In this document: positions 30,814 to 50,417 of the stretch, in pieces | Numbering within the stretch: the first letter of the stretch is position 1 | Layout: every line of letters begins with the position of its first letter | Assembly (NCBI GenBank): GCA_003344405.1 | Contig: NOWV01000162.1 | Span: 62,001-126,000 of the forward strand | From: Trichoplax sp. H2 | Taxonomy: Eukaryota | Length of the DNA stretch: 64,000 nt | Direction: 5' to 3' | The notes under the pieces: model-generated | What the model saw: the letters and a program-made list of their open reading frames with translations, nothing else | What the model was told of the DNA's origin: nothing | Database searches by the model: none | Translations under genes and position numbers: made by a program

Positions 30814-33800
30814 ATGGCTTATCCTGGTTATGGTGTAAGTTTCATATTTGATGATCCCTTTCATGACTGAAAATCACCGCTGTCATTCATTTCTCAACTT
30901 CATTAGACCTTATCTTTAAGCAAGGTCTATGATGTTGGTTTGCTTATTTATTAATTAATGATCATCATTTTTTTTTCTTTTTTTCTGCTGGTATCATCAT
31001 CATTATTATTCACCTTTGATTATTATTTTTTCATGATTATTTCCCTTAACCAACAATGTAGTTAGTTGGATAGATCTCGTGAGTAGTTTATTTCAATTTG
31101 GCCCAAGTATACTGTCAGATCAATCGATGACAAAGCCAGCATAGATGAACGCCAAATAAGCCATCAAAATTAATATCATCGATCGAAAATCGCAAGACGT
31201 ATACAGTACAATACACTAGATAAAGTAAAAAGTAAAAGTAAAGATAGATAACCTTGGAGAATACTCGTCTCATCATATTGGATCAAAATCATTTTCCATG
31301 TGCTCGATATCGTTCTACTACTGTATGTGTGCACTACTTTGAAGTCGGCATTGGACTTGACTAGGTCGGCTCAATGCTTACCGTTCTACCCATGAAATGA
31401 TAATAATTATTATTGTAAATTACAAATTGTTGTTGCTTGTAAGATGTACGATAACAACTGCCAAAGATGTATTCGCTATCCCGCTGTGCGGTATTGGATA
31501 GGGCAGTCTTTGCATGGATCAAAATCCTTTTCCATGCAGTATTCATTTCCTATTATTTGAAATGATCATGTATTCTACAGTAGAAAATATCAGTATTCTA
31601 TTTTTTATGGCCTAACTTAATATGTAGCAAAAATAGTCAGTTCTTCCATGCTGGCACTGCCTTTTCATTAGTTCAAAATGATAACCTGCTCAGGTCACGA
31701 GCATTCTACAGTAGAAGAGATTATTTTTTATTTTTCATGACTTAATTTAATGTGTAGCAAAAACAGTCAGTTCCTTGATGTTGACGTTGACTTTTCATCA
31801 TTCGTTTCAAAATAGCAACCACCTCAAGGCTATAATCCTGCTGGAGGTTATGCAGCTTATCCTGGCGCTCAACCTGCTGGTCAGCCTGTTTATCCAGGCG
31901 CTGCCCCAGTAAGTTTATTCGACACTAATATAAATATCATTATATTCCAATGAAGTAATTTGTGCTAATAAGTTGCAGGCCTACTGCATTCGAAATTTGT
32001 CCAATTTTAAACTGCTTTTATACTTTTAATCTCTTCTTTCACTCGTTCCCTATGTTAGGCATGACTCTAGATACTAGTTATATTATTAACGTTATTCATC
32101 AGTGCTGTATAACAAATTGTGCATGAATGTCTATTTGTAAGTAGTAATGATGTATCTATATGCAATGCTATAAGTGAGATGTTAAAACTTCATACGTGAA
32201 AAAAACTGATTGGCGTTATCTGCTAGTTTTAATCTTACTGCACTCTGTACTGTTGGTTACTACAGTATATGGACTAACACACCCATTCGACAGTAGTAAC
32301 AATACTCGTATAAATACAGTAAATGAAACTGGACCTTCGTTAGGAGTTCTACATGACATCGATATGAACAGCATTGCCAATGATATTGAAAATCGTAACT
32401 CTTACTGATTCCATCGTCACTTTTACTACAATACAGATCAAGCTAAATAATTTAATACAATGTATGCAACAGTCTACTAGGCCTAATTATATCCTATTAT
32501 CATCGTACTAATATATTATGTGTTCGTTCCTTAATCTGTAACATACTTTAAGATGTTCTTCAGAAATCGTTCAAATTAAGGTGATGAAGGCGAACATCAT
32601 ACTAATGCCATGTCATCTCTGCTGTTTTATACTTTTAATACTATATATTATGATATGAGAAATGAAAAATAGGTAGTGTTATCCATGAAAATCGCTACTA
32701 AATGTTGGCATTACAATTTCACTAATTTTGTCAGAATCGAGTTGCTACCAGTAATAGCCTACCACACAGTTGATCATATTTTTACAAATACAAGTTTTAA
32801 CACTGATTGATTAACCGCTATCAAAATATGTTATCGTGTGATCTTTTATGTTGATTGTATTCAATTCCTCTCTGTATCCTTTGCGGTGCAACTTTGACTA
32901 GCACGTGAAGTTTTGCAGTGGTGAATCTTCTCTCTGACGAATCGTAATCAAATACTCTTTTATTTCAAAACTGCAGGGAGGCGTTGATCCTTTACATGGC
33001 TATTTCTCAGCCGTAGCTGGAAGTGTAAGTCTTACCCAGTTAGTACAGTTTATTTGTATTCTAGTTGATTTGAAATTATTACCGCCTACTTACGATATAT
33101 GAATTCAGTGATAAACATAGGAGCTCTACTGTGCTATACATGCAATGGATAGATTTATTTTGTCGTTTTTTGAATATATTACTGGAGCTATGGCTGGCCC
33201 AAATCTTTCTGTAAAGTTTGTAGGCTACACAAATTACAATATTATCATTTAATTAAAAATAGATTTAAAATCTCAAAACCGTAATATTAAAATGGCTAAC
33301 GCAGTAATTCATGATACTTGAAATAAATTACGTATTGCTTAATGATTGTAAAATGGTAGTAGGATTTACCAATAGAACCATCATCTGGCAGGTAGTTATG
33401 CATTGAAATGCCCATTATCTACGTTACTAAACATTCTAGAGAGAATCTCTTGTCATCTCCTCTTGATTATATTATTACGGAATATAGTACATCAGTTTAA
33501 GATAATCTATTTATCAAAAATTATTAGCTGTAAATGAACAATTTTCGAACCATCGACAATCAACTAACTCTCCTTCTTAAATATCAAAATAGGACATATA
33601 ACTTAATTAAGGTACTTTTGAGCTTTCAAAGTAACTCAGCTCATAAAATAATGAACAATAATACCGAATCATCGCGCTATTACAAAATGATAACTGTTCT
33701 GTATAACGCTATATTCATTATTTTAAATTACATTCATAGTCTATAACAGGATTTTAGGATTAGTATTTTATTATTTCGCCAACGTCAATTAATTACATGG

Positions 33801-35438
33801 CATTGAGTATACAAGTAAAATGCCATCAAGAGTATTATGGTAATGTTGATACTAAACTAGTGGGATAAGGAATTAGATTGGATCTTATTTTACGCAGAAC
33901 TCTCTGAATCACTCCATGTTACAATTACGTAGCTACGGTAGCTGACATAGTCTGTACATGCATTTGTTTTTGCAGGATCAACAAATAGATGCTCATGAGT
34001 TACAAAGATGTTTAACACAATCTGGAATTGCTGGTAATTACCAACGTAAGTGATGTACACATTTCAGTGGAATAGTAACAATAACAAATAACCTTCAGAA
34101 ATATAACGTTAAAAATGTAATATTTAACAGTGAATAGCAAATATGAGAAACATCCTTAATTTTAATAGTAAAAGTTTTTAATAAATTTTAAATCTGTTGT
34201 ACCCATAGAGTTCAGCCTCGACACTTGCAGGTTAGTCTTATGGATTAAAATTATTAACCAATTTTTAAAAAATGAAAATATTAAACCATACATTGACGTT
34301 CAACTTTGTCTAAACTACTTGCGATACTGTATTATCATGTATGATTATGTGCTCTATTAAGCAAATAATGCAAGTAGTTGCATATAGTACAGTACATATG
34401 CGTTATGATTATCAATATACAATATCTTAATGTATGATATTATTAATCAACTAATACGCCGTTTTTTGGTTTTAGGATAATGATTGCAATGCTCGACGTA
34501 TCCGAGTTCGATATTTTATGACAATGCTGTTTGTTTATAATACTAAATTTAATGTGGCACTTTACTAAAGTCTATATAAGTAGTATTAGCTTTAAAATAA
34601 TACACAAACGACTTGAATACTACCCTATGAAATATTGTCGATATTTTCAATCTTAATTCATAATCAGTACGACTACAGTGGAAAGATGGGATTCCAAGAA
34701 TTTAAACAATTATGGGGATGTCTAAGTCAATGGAAAGTTAGTCTTATTTTATAATATTTTCCTCCGTAGCTGATAATAATTTTATCATCGATCAAAGTTT
34801 AATGGTCTTAAGTAACCTTAATTTAATATAATATTTTTCCGAATAGACTACATTCCTTCAATACGACAGCGATCGATCTGGAACTTGTGAACCTCACGAA
34901 CTTTATGCGGCTATAGCGAGTTTCGGATACCGCTTGAGTCCTCAAGCCTTGAATATAATGGTAAAGCGTTATTCGGATAATGGAAGAATTGCCTTTGACA
35001 ATTTCATAAGTTGCATTACTCGGCTGAAAACGCTGACAGGTTAAAGAATAAGTAGCACGCTTATTCGATTACTTATACTTATAATATCAGTTTGTTGAAT
35101 GAACCTCATATTGTAAAATGTAATTGTACACAGTATGTGTATTATTGTTAATATTAAAACAAGAAGCATAGTCAATAACTATAAAATAATTCTACTCTAA
35201 TCAAAATAGAGCGATTCCAACTACGTGACACTGCTAAAAATGGCATGGCGCAATTTCAATATGACGAAGTAAGGAGTGCAAAATTTCCTTCTTGTTAATT
35301 TTCAAATATTATTCTCTACCTAATCTTGTATTCGGTAGCTTTTCGATTCAATTACACTAGTGCATGTGCTTGTACAATACTCTTATAATCGTGCAAATGA
35401 TTTTCTTTCAGTTTATCCAGGTTAGCATGTTTGTCTGA
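30814..35438 (+). CDS. Penta-EF-hand protein, grancalcin/sorcin family, multi-exon
   Basis: MAYPGYG|QPPQGYNPAGG..|GGVDPLHGYFSAVAGS|DQQIDAHELQRCLTQSGIAGNYQ|QFSLDTCR|IMIAMLD|YDYSGKMGFQEFKQLW..|..GYRLSPQAL..KRYSDNGRIAFDNFISC..|FIQVSMFV*. Matches GCA/SRI motifs. Includes two 22-nt microexons. Confidence 0.92.
31572..31820. repeat. Diverged tandem duplication (~115-130 bp) at the end of grancalcin intron 1
   Basis: attctacagtagaa..tgtagcaaaaa(t/c)agtcagttc..cttttcat..ttcaaaat occurs twice; the second copy ends at the splice acceptor. Confidence 0.7.
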
Positions 35439-37043
35439 ACGTGGCACACAAAGAACCATTCCTGTAGACCTAGTTTGAAAGCCTTAGACTATAGGAAAAC
35501 TGCTAAATGTCCAATTGTTTACATCTCTTTCTTGATCTAGATATTGATTAAAAAGTAATGAATGCAATAGCTGTTTTACGCATGTTAATGCATTAATTAA
35601 CGATAGAACATAAAGTACAGTATTGCCACTTTTAATCCTTCAAATATACATTGCTGTATCCGACATAAAAATACACCTAATATGTTCACATAGAGAATTT
35701 CATCATCTCTTTCCATAGTACCACTTCTATTGCAATATTATATATGTCTTATAGTTTAGAAAAAATGACATGAATTTAATTAGTTCGTTTTATCAGTGTT
35801 TATTCTATTTGTGGAATAAAAAATTTATCACATTAATGTATAAAATCGTATAAAGCAATTATACTTTACTGCCACCCATACACATATGCAGTATCTACCA
35901 TGGTAGAAATTCAAAATCAACTGATATCATTACCGTAAATAGCTCGTATGACTTCGTCACATCTACTACTATAGTAGTATTTCGTGTAAATAACGTCAAT
36001 TATGGGCACTTATTACTACTAGTATTCTAGACTTATCATTGTGAGAGTACTCCTCATGCAGTATAATATTAAATATTACAACCCATAAATGCAGTTCTAA
36101 GTATTTATCGGTACAGCATCGTTTTGCAATCTTTTAATAATAATAGCAATCTCTATAGTGATACCACCCATACATCTCACTTGTAGGATTTGTGTTGTAC
36201 TAATGTAATTTATAAACTCATAAGAGCATCCAATATCAATGTTTGCGGCTGATTTCAATAGTTTATGCATGGTATCAATTTATCGCTCAACATTTTCTTT
36301 CATATATTAAATACCCGTAAAATTTTATTGCAACTGATCCATTAACTACGATAACAAATTCAATTTTACAATTAAAAACGAGTACTAATAAATTCAGGCC
36401 TTTCAAACACATATTTCAAATAATTCAATATAACTTCATCACAGTTATATTGGAATGAATGTCGTTTGCTTAAAAACTACTCAAAAATAAATATAAAATA
36501 AGTTCGTAGAATATTTTAGAAAAATTTGCTTAAACGTATTCTATTTGTAAGTCGATTTCGTAGAGTAACTTTGAACAAATATATATCAAAGAGAAATGAA
36601 TCTATACAACAATACATATAAAAACGATAGCAATCAATTAATTCTGCAAGTTTGAAACCTTAACAAGCGATTTTATCTAATCAGTATAAGAAATAACAAG
36701 TATTCCAAATTCGTGCTTTTATATAATTTAGTCTATCAATAATTCTTTGCCAGATTTTCTCCATAAGTAAAGAATTAGTACATTTGCAAGAGGATAATGT
36801 ACACACTGTATAAGTTCGAACTTTAAGAAGAACAATATCAATTTATCCACAGTAATAATTTTAATCCCATCCTATCGATCGGATGTAGTTATCATCTAAT
36901 CACATTAACTGTAACCAAAAATGGTCTATGCTGAATAAATACACCATAAGTGATATTTATAACTGCATTATATAAAGACATGAAAAATATAATTCGCTTT
37001 CATATAATTATATTGTCTAGAAAGTAACAGTTTACATTACAAG

Positions 37044-42505
<5,462 letters not shown>

Positions 42506-44842
42506 AATTATAATGGGTGTTACCAAGTAAATCTAATATCTTTGTAGAAAGTATTGCTACAATATCAAATAAAAAGCAAATTTCTTAATTGATCATCTAT
42601 GAAGAGGAACGAATCGGTTTACTATTTACTTGGACTATCTATTCATCATCTACTGTCAAATAGACTCTAAAATTATGAAAAAAAAACGAGGTTAACAAAA
42701 TTAAGGCCTTAAAACTTCAACTTACCTAGCTGTCTACTAAATTTATTTATACTTTCATTGCAGTCTACTGTACGTTGAGTTAAAATTTCTTCTGCAAGTA
42801 CTGATTATTGGCAGCTAATAGAATTGATTACAACTTTTCGTTTTACCATAGGGGTAAGATGACCATCAATTGCAATCAACTTGAGATGTTGAATTCTTTC
42901 CCAAACTATCGATTAATTTTCCTTATTCCGTATGTAAAATTGTGGTCATTTATCTGCATCGAGTTCAAATGTATTTCATTCCTATTTATGCAGGCTACGT
43001 TGTGGATTACTCAATTTATCTATTCTCTCTAAACTGTTAATTTGCTAGTAGATTAAATTGATGAAGAAAAAAACACTTGCTATTGAATATTAATGTTGTC
43101 CAGATGATTCTTCAATCTTAAACGTTATTTAAGCTGGTTGTATGAGGCTTGTTCTGCTCGATGTATAATTTAAGACCATGAGTAAAATAACAATGTATTT
43201 TGTTTGGTTGTCAATACAACATTCTTCTCTATAGTAGGATCAATTTAGTCCAGCGTAGAAAGAGTATAGTGTATCAATCGACAAGATATAGTCAATGAGT
43301 TCACCAATGCTTTATTACTTATATCATAATTGATTTTACGCGTATTATTCTTTACCTATCATTCCTGAACAAGGTATAGAATCTAGTATTAAGGCAAAAT
43401 ATCAATAAATCATTAGTTGATACTGAATGCAAATGTAAACAGCTCAGTAGATTGCAAGCATCGTGAATAACAAGCCAACCAATCATATAGCAAAGTTTTA
43501 TGTACCTTGTTGCTATGGTGATGTCCGGTATAACAACGGTAGCAAGCGCTTCCTCCAAGCTGGATGGGGGGTGGCTTTGACGTAGGAGCACTGCAAGATC
43601 AATATTGTAATTATGGATATTTCTTCTATCCCAATAAAGTCTAGTGTAGTCGTTTAAGATAGGGTAGGAAAGAAAGAAACGCATTGAAGGTATTCATTTG
43701 CGAGAGACAGTTTTAATTACTTTGCGATAGTATCTCATAGAGATCCACTCAGGCGGTTGAAGCAGCGCTTAAATAATGTCACCCCTTACGGTGTTGATAG
43801 GCAGGTTAATGCGCATAGAACACTCGATCCAGATAAAACTACACACGCTGTATACTCTTGAGTACAAGCGGGCTCGATTAGCCAGAGTGACATTATATTT
43901 GTTCCGGGCTACCCTTGTGCGGTATCGGCCAACTTTCGCTGGTCAATTTAACTCCACCGTCTAGCTGCAAGCGTACAGTATACAGTACGATGCATTACTG
44001 CTCATATTGGCTAGCCAGCTGGCAAGCTAATTGAATACTTAAACCTTTAAAGATTTAACGTGAACGATCCTTTTCTGTCCCTTTCTCTTTTCTTCAGTAA
44101 CATAGTGTAGAATGCAATTTTGCTGATTGAAATCATCCAATTTCAACAACTTTGTAAACTGATATTTTGACCCGTACGATGGCTCACTATGACGCATCTA
44201 CCCAAGTATGCGGTGTATAGTCACATAGTCAATAGAGGGTCAAAAATACAAAGCAAAACTTCATTGGTACACAGCTGTGGCTCCATTCTACTATAGATTT
44301 TCGACCTAAATGACATAAAGAACATTCTTTAGGCTTATGATGATGATTTCTGATTTCTCAAGGAAGAGGTGTTGTTATTTTAACGCGTGCTTAACTCCAA
44401 GTGAAATCAATGTCACCCATAAACGACCAATATCATTTTGCTAGCGATTTAAGCTAGCGGATTACTAGGTCTACACTACCATACAATCTATAGTATGGGT
44501 ACTGGCTACAGTAGAATCATCATAGGGTGACATTTTTTTTGTACAGTGAGGCGATCGCTTGACTGACGTCACCGTGTACCGTACAGTACTCGGAGCTCAG
44601 TAGAATTACTGTAGTAGCACGACTTGAAATACATCGCAACTGACTTTCCATAGTAAACCCTTGGACTGGAGACGATTTAACCTTGCTAGTTGGCAGAATC
44701 ATGTCTTCCCATCACAACAGTTGAACTCTTTCCGTTCAAAAAGTTGAATCCAACGACATCCATTCTATATTAAAGTCGTCATGTATCAGACTTATTTAGA
44801 TTTATAATTATCGCATACTTTGAGCCAAATCGATTGACGATA

Positions 44843-47550
44843 ATGGAAAATTCCAAGGAAGAAAATCTACCTGATGTTACTGAATCGAACAACTCGCCAA
44901 AGCAAAATGAGCCATATCAGGAAGAAGAAGTGGATCCAAGAGTACAGGTACCCATTGCATACATGATCGTAGCATAGATTGTATCGTGTTGTAATTGATA
45001 TTTTAATCAGTCATAGCACGAGCAAAGTACTTGATAGCTAGGCTTCTACTATTCGACTTGGCCTGAGCAATAATAATACATAAGCCTAAATGAACTGCGT
45101 TATCGAGTATATTAGTGGCTTAGCATGGCTTAAGTCAAAAGAAATGGAGTTTTACCTTTTCTCTACATTTTCATAGTGTATTAGCCTGTGCTAAGGCAAT
45201 CTTGATATCCAATTCAAGTGAAGTTGATTTGGGATTAGCCTTCATTTCTACGCTAGAATGCCAACAGTAAATGATGTTGATATCTGTCGATTACAACAAT
45301 AGATAAGACATCTTGTAGACAAGCTCGATTGATTTATAAAGAATAAAAATCGATCTGAAAGTCAGTACTAAAGACGACTGTAATAGCGAGATTTTCTACT
45401 GTTATGAGAAACGTAAAAGTGATCTATCGTTGCTAGACCTGACAGTCTTTGCAACATGGAAGTTCTAATACAATTCATCATTTTGATTACGATCTTTTAG
45501 AAATTCTTAGAAATACTCAATGTCAAGGCTGTTGAAATTAACGATCTTGAAAAGAAAATTGAAGTAAGTAGAAAAGACATCAATTAGGTATATCGGTATA
45601 ATAGACAATGATGGATATTTCATACAGTTCAAACGTTTTGCCATCAAAAATTAATGTATAGCATCAGGCTCGATACGATTGTTATAATATTAGGAATGAA
45701 CGCCTACTGCACTACTTTAACTTAGTATTGTTTTGTAGAAATTGGAAGTAAATTGGAGACGTTTATCAATGTCAATATTACAGTGCTAGACGAGTCAGTT
45801 TTGTATGTTCAATTTATTTATTCAAGCTGTGGATTAAATCCATCTTCTCTAGTTATAAGCTCCAATAATTATATAGTTAGACGATGATCGTTGTGAAGAA
45901 TCGATAGTGAACGCACCTATGACCACATTTTAAAATGGCTATCATACTGAACCATTATTCTTGTGTTGTACTTCTGTTTACGCGCGGAATAATTTGTAAA
46001 GTCGGATATAGTAGGATGCCTTATTACTAATTCTACAACGTTTTGTTTACCCTACTGTACTAGATCATCAAGAGTCTCTTATATTGTTACAATTTACGAT
46101 TATATAAATACTAACACAGCAAGATCACAAGAATGCATAATACTATACAAATTCTAATGTAAGAGTACAATGCAATATACAGTATAACGAAATTGCCTCT
46201 TATAATGAATGACGCAACAGGCACAACGAGCAGCTTTCCAGCGTACACTTAATGAACTTGTTCCTCAACTTGAGGAGATCAAGAAAAAACGTGGTAAATA
46301 TATCGCGATGGCTAGTCCATACTATAAAGCATTGGATTATCTTTATAAGGTTTGATCTTTCTATCATGTCATTATAACCAACGATCTACATAGGAGCTAC
46401 AGGATATACCAAAGAAATTGCTTTAGTGTACGGTACACCACATGTCATGGAAACAGTATTAGACAGTATTCTACTTGCATGGACTGTAGTATTCCAGATT
46501 TTTACGCTTTGATAATTCCCATAGAATAGATAACTTAATACTAGTAAATACTTTTAATAAATATTCTACGTGAGTTTTATCGGCAATGAATAACATAAAC
46601 TTTTATATTAATCCACTAAAGTGTCGTCGAAACTTACAAGCAAAGACACTACTATATCAACAAGCTAAATTAGACCACGAAGAAGCCAAACATAAGGTTT
46701 CTGCTGTAGAAGAAAGTTTTGAGGCTACTGGTGGACTGGAGATGACGGAATCAAAACAAGAGTCTTTAAATAGGGCTACAAACAAGGTAAAGATGATACC
46801 GGATGCTTTTGTTTCTATCCCACAAAATTATCATTTCCCGATTTATTCAAAAGATGTATTCTTGCATTGTAACTAATTTTTTAAAGGTCAATGACGCCGA
46901 ACATAGAAAAGATCTTTTAGAAGCTGAACATAAAAAAGTAATCTTATCTTGTAGTGAGGCAGAAAATCGATGTCAGATTTTGAAAAAAAATCTAAAGAAA
47001 GCGACAAAAAAAGCAAAGTATGTCGCAGTTAGCTAACTTGTCTACGATATCTGTTTTTTCAAAAACTGTAGCAGGTGTAGCCTTTGTGCCAAGTCGAAAA
47101 TTCTTGAAAGCTGTATTTTAAAAATCTGTAAATTGCGCTTTATTTAGGCCTTTTTACGACTTGAAAGAAAAGTGTAATGCTTTACTCAATGAACATAAAC
47201 GACAAATTGAAAAATACACTCGAGCCATAAAGTCGTGTAAAGAAGAGTATGCTGCCACTTTGCTTACCCTAGAACTGTTAAGTGAAAATATTCATGAGAG
47301 CCGCAGTAAATTAAATTTAGCCCAATTTAATGAAGACAATACCGAAAATGATCAATCATCTAATGTCGGCAATTACATAGAGGATTTATCAAATCGTCTT
47401 GACAATGAATTTGAAATCTTTAACGATGAAGCATCTGTGAATAGCAGTACTCCTTCGCTAGCTAGTGATATAGAGCAGAATTGTAACATCGATGATGACC
47501 CTGAAAATGAGAATGTAGCTGATACTTCCGAAATAAATGACTCTACGTAG
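44843..47550 (+). CDS. SH3BP5: SH3 domain-binding protein 5 family (SAB/parcas, Rab11 GEF), multi-exon
   Basis: EEEVDPRVQ|KFLEILN..EIN, ASPYYKA, QESLNRATNK|VNDAE, LKKATKKA|PFYDLK, EYAATLLTLELLSENIHESR: a coiled-coil pattern typical of SH3BP5/SH3BP5L. Confidence 0.8.
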
Positions 47551-48460
47551 TATTCGCTACTTAAGCCTTTTTGTTGTTAAATAAGATAGATTAAAGATAT
47601 CAAACCTTCTTACTGTATAATATGTTATGGTACTTCAGATTGAAAGCTCTCTTATACCACCATTAAGATTGTTACAAAATCTATTTTTGTATCGCCTATT
47701 ATAGTATTGTACCAAGGTTTTTAATGATTTTAAGCAAATATTGTAAACAAGCCGTCATTCTGACCTCGATAAGTTATGTTTCTGTGTTACCATTATAAAT
47801 AATTGAAGACTATAATGTACTGATACATCAAGCATATGCGTACTCGTGTATTTGATCTCGATGCAGCCACTGTTTACAAATTTTTGTGTCATAACAAATA
47901 TAATTGTTAAATCGAAGAAGACAAGTTTGGTTATAGCTATGATTCATGATTATGCTTTTATTGATAGGGTGTATAAAAATAATGGATGATTATGAATAAT
48001 TGATATAGATTTATATCGTATCATTTATGACGTTGGATGCCCTGGATGTAATAAATTACGGCACATATTGTACTGTAGGTATTATCGGAATCAAAGAAAG
48101 CTGACTTTGCTCAACGTATTAAATTTTACAATACAAAATATTCTATTAACTTTGCTTCAGTGTCGTATATGCAGAAGTTAGCTATCGCTCCCGCGTAAAA
48201 TTTTATATCGTGTAAACCAATCATTACAAATTGAAGATACATTGGAATAATTTATTATTTCAAAAAGTTTATGTTGGATGTATATTATATTATATCACAA
48301 TTAATCTGAACTCATTATTATTGTCTGCGTCAAATTGATATTGCAATTGTTGAAATTAAATCGTGTTGTAATCCATTAGTGTGCTAATACTGTAGTACGG
48401 TTTAACTCTAAGGCGAATATTCATTACAACAACTATTGTATGATGGAATAAAAATAAGGT

Positions 48461-50417
48461 CTATTCCAATTGATGATTAATTATCTTATTGTTTCGTTTT
48501 ATCCTAGAAGTAGCGTTTTCAACAGATGTAGTCAGTCGGTCCAATTTACTGTTTTGAATATCAGATTCTGTGCCTAAACAAGTAGCTATATCTTTAATTT
48601 CACCTAGTAAGTTACCAAGTACACGAGCTTCTCCTCTCTGGTCCGAGCTCTAAAGCAATATACAATAAAGGTTTACGTTTGCTCATCATATAACATGAGG
48701 AAAGGAATGACAGAAACAACCGAAAAGGCACGCGCTAGCAATAAAGACTGATTACTACAACACAGAATTATTCGTAAGCGAAAAATCTGTGGAAAATAGA
48801 ATGCTGGTAGCAACAGTATCGTAAGCAATGATGAGCACATCAATAAAGATAATTAATGTAGTTTTTTGCAAATTATCAACACCTCTTTAAAGGTACAGTA
48901 AGGGAATAATTAAAGTATCATTAAAGCTACTGAACTTTTATTAACAGTAAATTTAAAATTTGTATGCAATATTGTATAAGCACTATGGTATAAAGTATTG
49001 ATTATCATTAAAATGAATAAATCTTGATGTGGATCACTGAATTACAAATGATTAGCCTTAACTCAGATATAGTCCATTTAGTATACGGATATATCCAAAT
49101 TAATCTCTTCTATACATCAGTAAAATTGCAGTATGTGTAATAGAAGTACGCCTACGAGTACTGTAGGTGGACATCCCACAGTATTTTAGATCATGTAGAA
49201 AGTAGGGTGCTCGTACACAATAAAAGTCAAATCATCAGAAATGGATATGGCTATTAAAAAATTATAAAAAGTATTTCTATTAACACGTTAGTGAATCATT
49301 CTACCCAAGGTAAATTACTCATACACTTTCTATTGTAACTACATCATTAGATATAGTATCCATCGATGCAATCTATATTAACGAAATCTACGCGTACAGT
49401 ACAACATTGAAAGCTGTTCCTAGCAGCTCGTTCCATCATAACCTTGCATGAATTACAGCATAATTAAAATATAATCTTTACAATATTGAATTATATACTC
49501 ACCGACAAGACTTGTTGGTTGTGAATACCTTGTAGAAAACTCGAGTTGACAAGGTTTTCACGAATCGGAATCGATGGTGATTTTTTACGAATATTGGCTA
49601 CGATATTTGGCATATGCGCAGACATCAACTCAGCTTCAACTAATTCACCATTCGATACGTGCAATGAAAAGATTAATCTCCATAAATTAATACGTTGTAT
49701 GTTATCTAGTTGTGAAAAGAGTATTTCAACCGTTTTGCTCGCAGTTTTATCTAGATCTATAGTGATTCTGTCTTGTAGAATACTTGAAACACCTTTACAA
49801 TACGTCTGATTATTGTCACTCTTGTAAAGAACAGCAATTTGGACGCAGTTAGATAACCGTTTGGTGTTGTCTTCAGTTACAATCCTGTCCTGCCTCGATC
49901 GTATAGGAAGCCAGGTAAAATATTCCAAGATCCTTTCAGAAATGGTAATTTTACTATGAACTTGGTCCGATTTGACACTCATTTGATCAATTTGTTCTCC
50001 TTGTTTTTCTAGTAGTTGTGCAGAAATATTCATATTATCACGTATTTCTTGTACAGTAGATAAGATTGCTCGACTGTCATGACCAACGTCATTATCGTCA
50101 GTTAATGTCGATTGGATTTTTTCTTCAAAAAAATGCAGAATAACATTCAACACCTGATGAAAGTTATCGAAAGATCCAAACCATAATTTTCTACCATGAT
50201 TACATTGAACACATATGACTGGGAATATAAAATACGAGAAACTATGATGGATAGAAGATATCTGATTGAAATCGATGCCACTTTCATCCAGCCTGTCAGT
50301 TTGTTGTTGTGGCTGCCAGAGTAAAGAATCGATGTTAATCGTTAATAGAATCTTGAACCATTTCTTATTTGAAGTATTATAGTAACAACCGTTGACCTGT
50401 ATAACTTGCTTTTCCAT
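48461..50417 (-). CDS. SNAP47: Qbc-SNARE, SNAP-47-like
   Basis: The long first exon has CYY..KKW..L, SYFIF..I, WFGS and V..HFF, resembling the SNAP47 N-terminal region, then SNARE motif 1 (LLEKQGEQIDQM). The last exon at ~48461-48650 carries SNARE motif 2 (LGEIKDIATCLGTESDIQNSKLDRLTTSVE). Confidence 0.72.

Noticed and set aside
32196-32408. 70-aa ORF with signal-peptide-like start nested in a grancalcin intron
   Set aside because: Starts at GTG, is short, and has no splice or homology support.
43283-43294. aagatatagtc resembling a group I intron S element
   Set aside because: No matching R element or P7 pairing found nearby; a similar string also occurs at ~49063.
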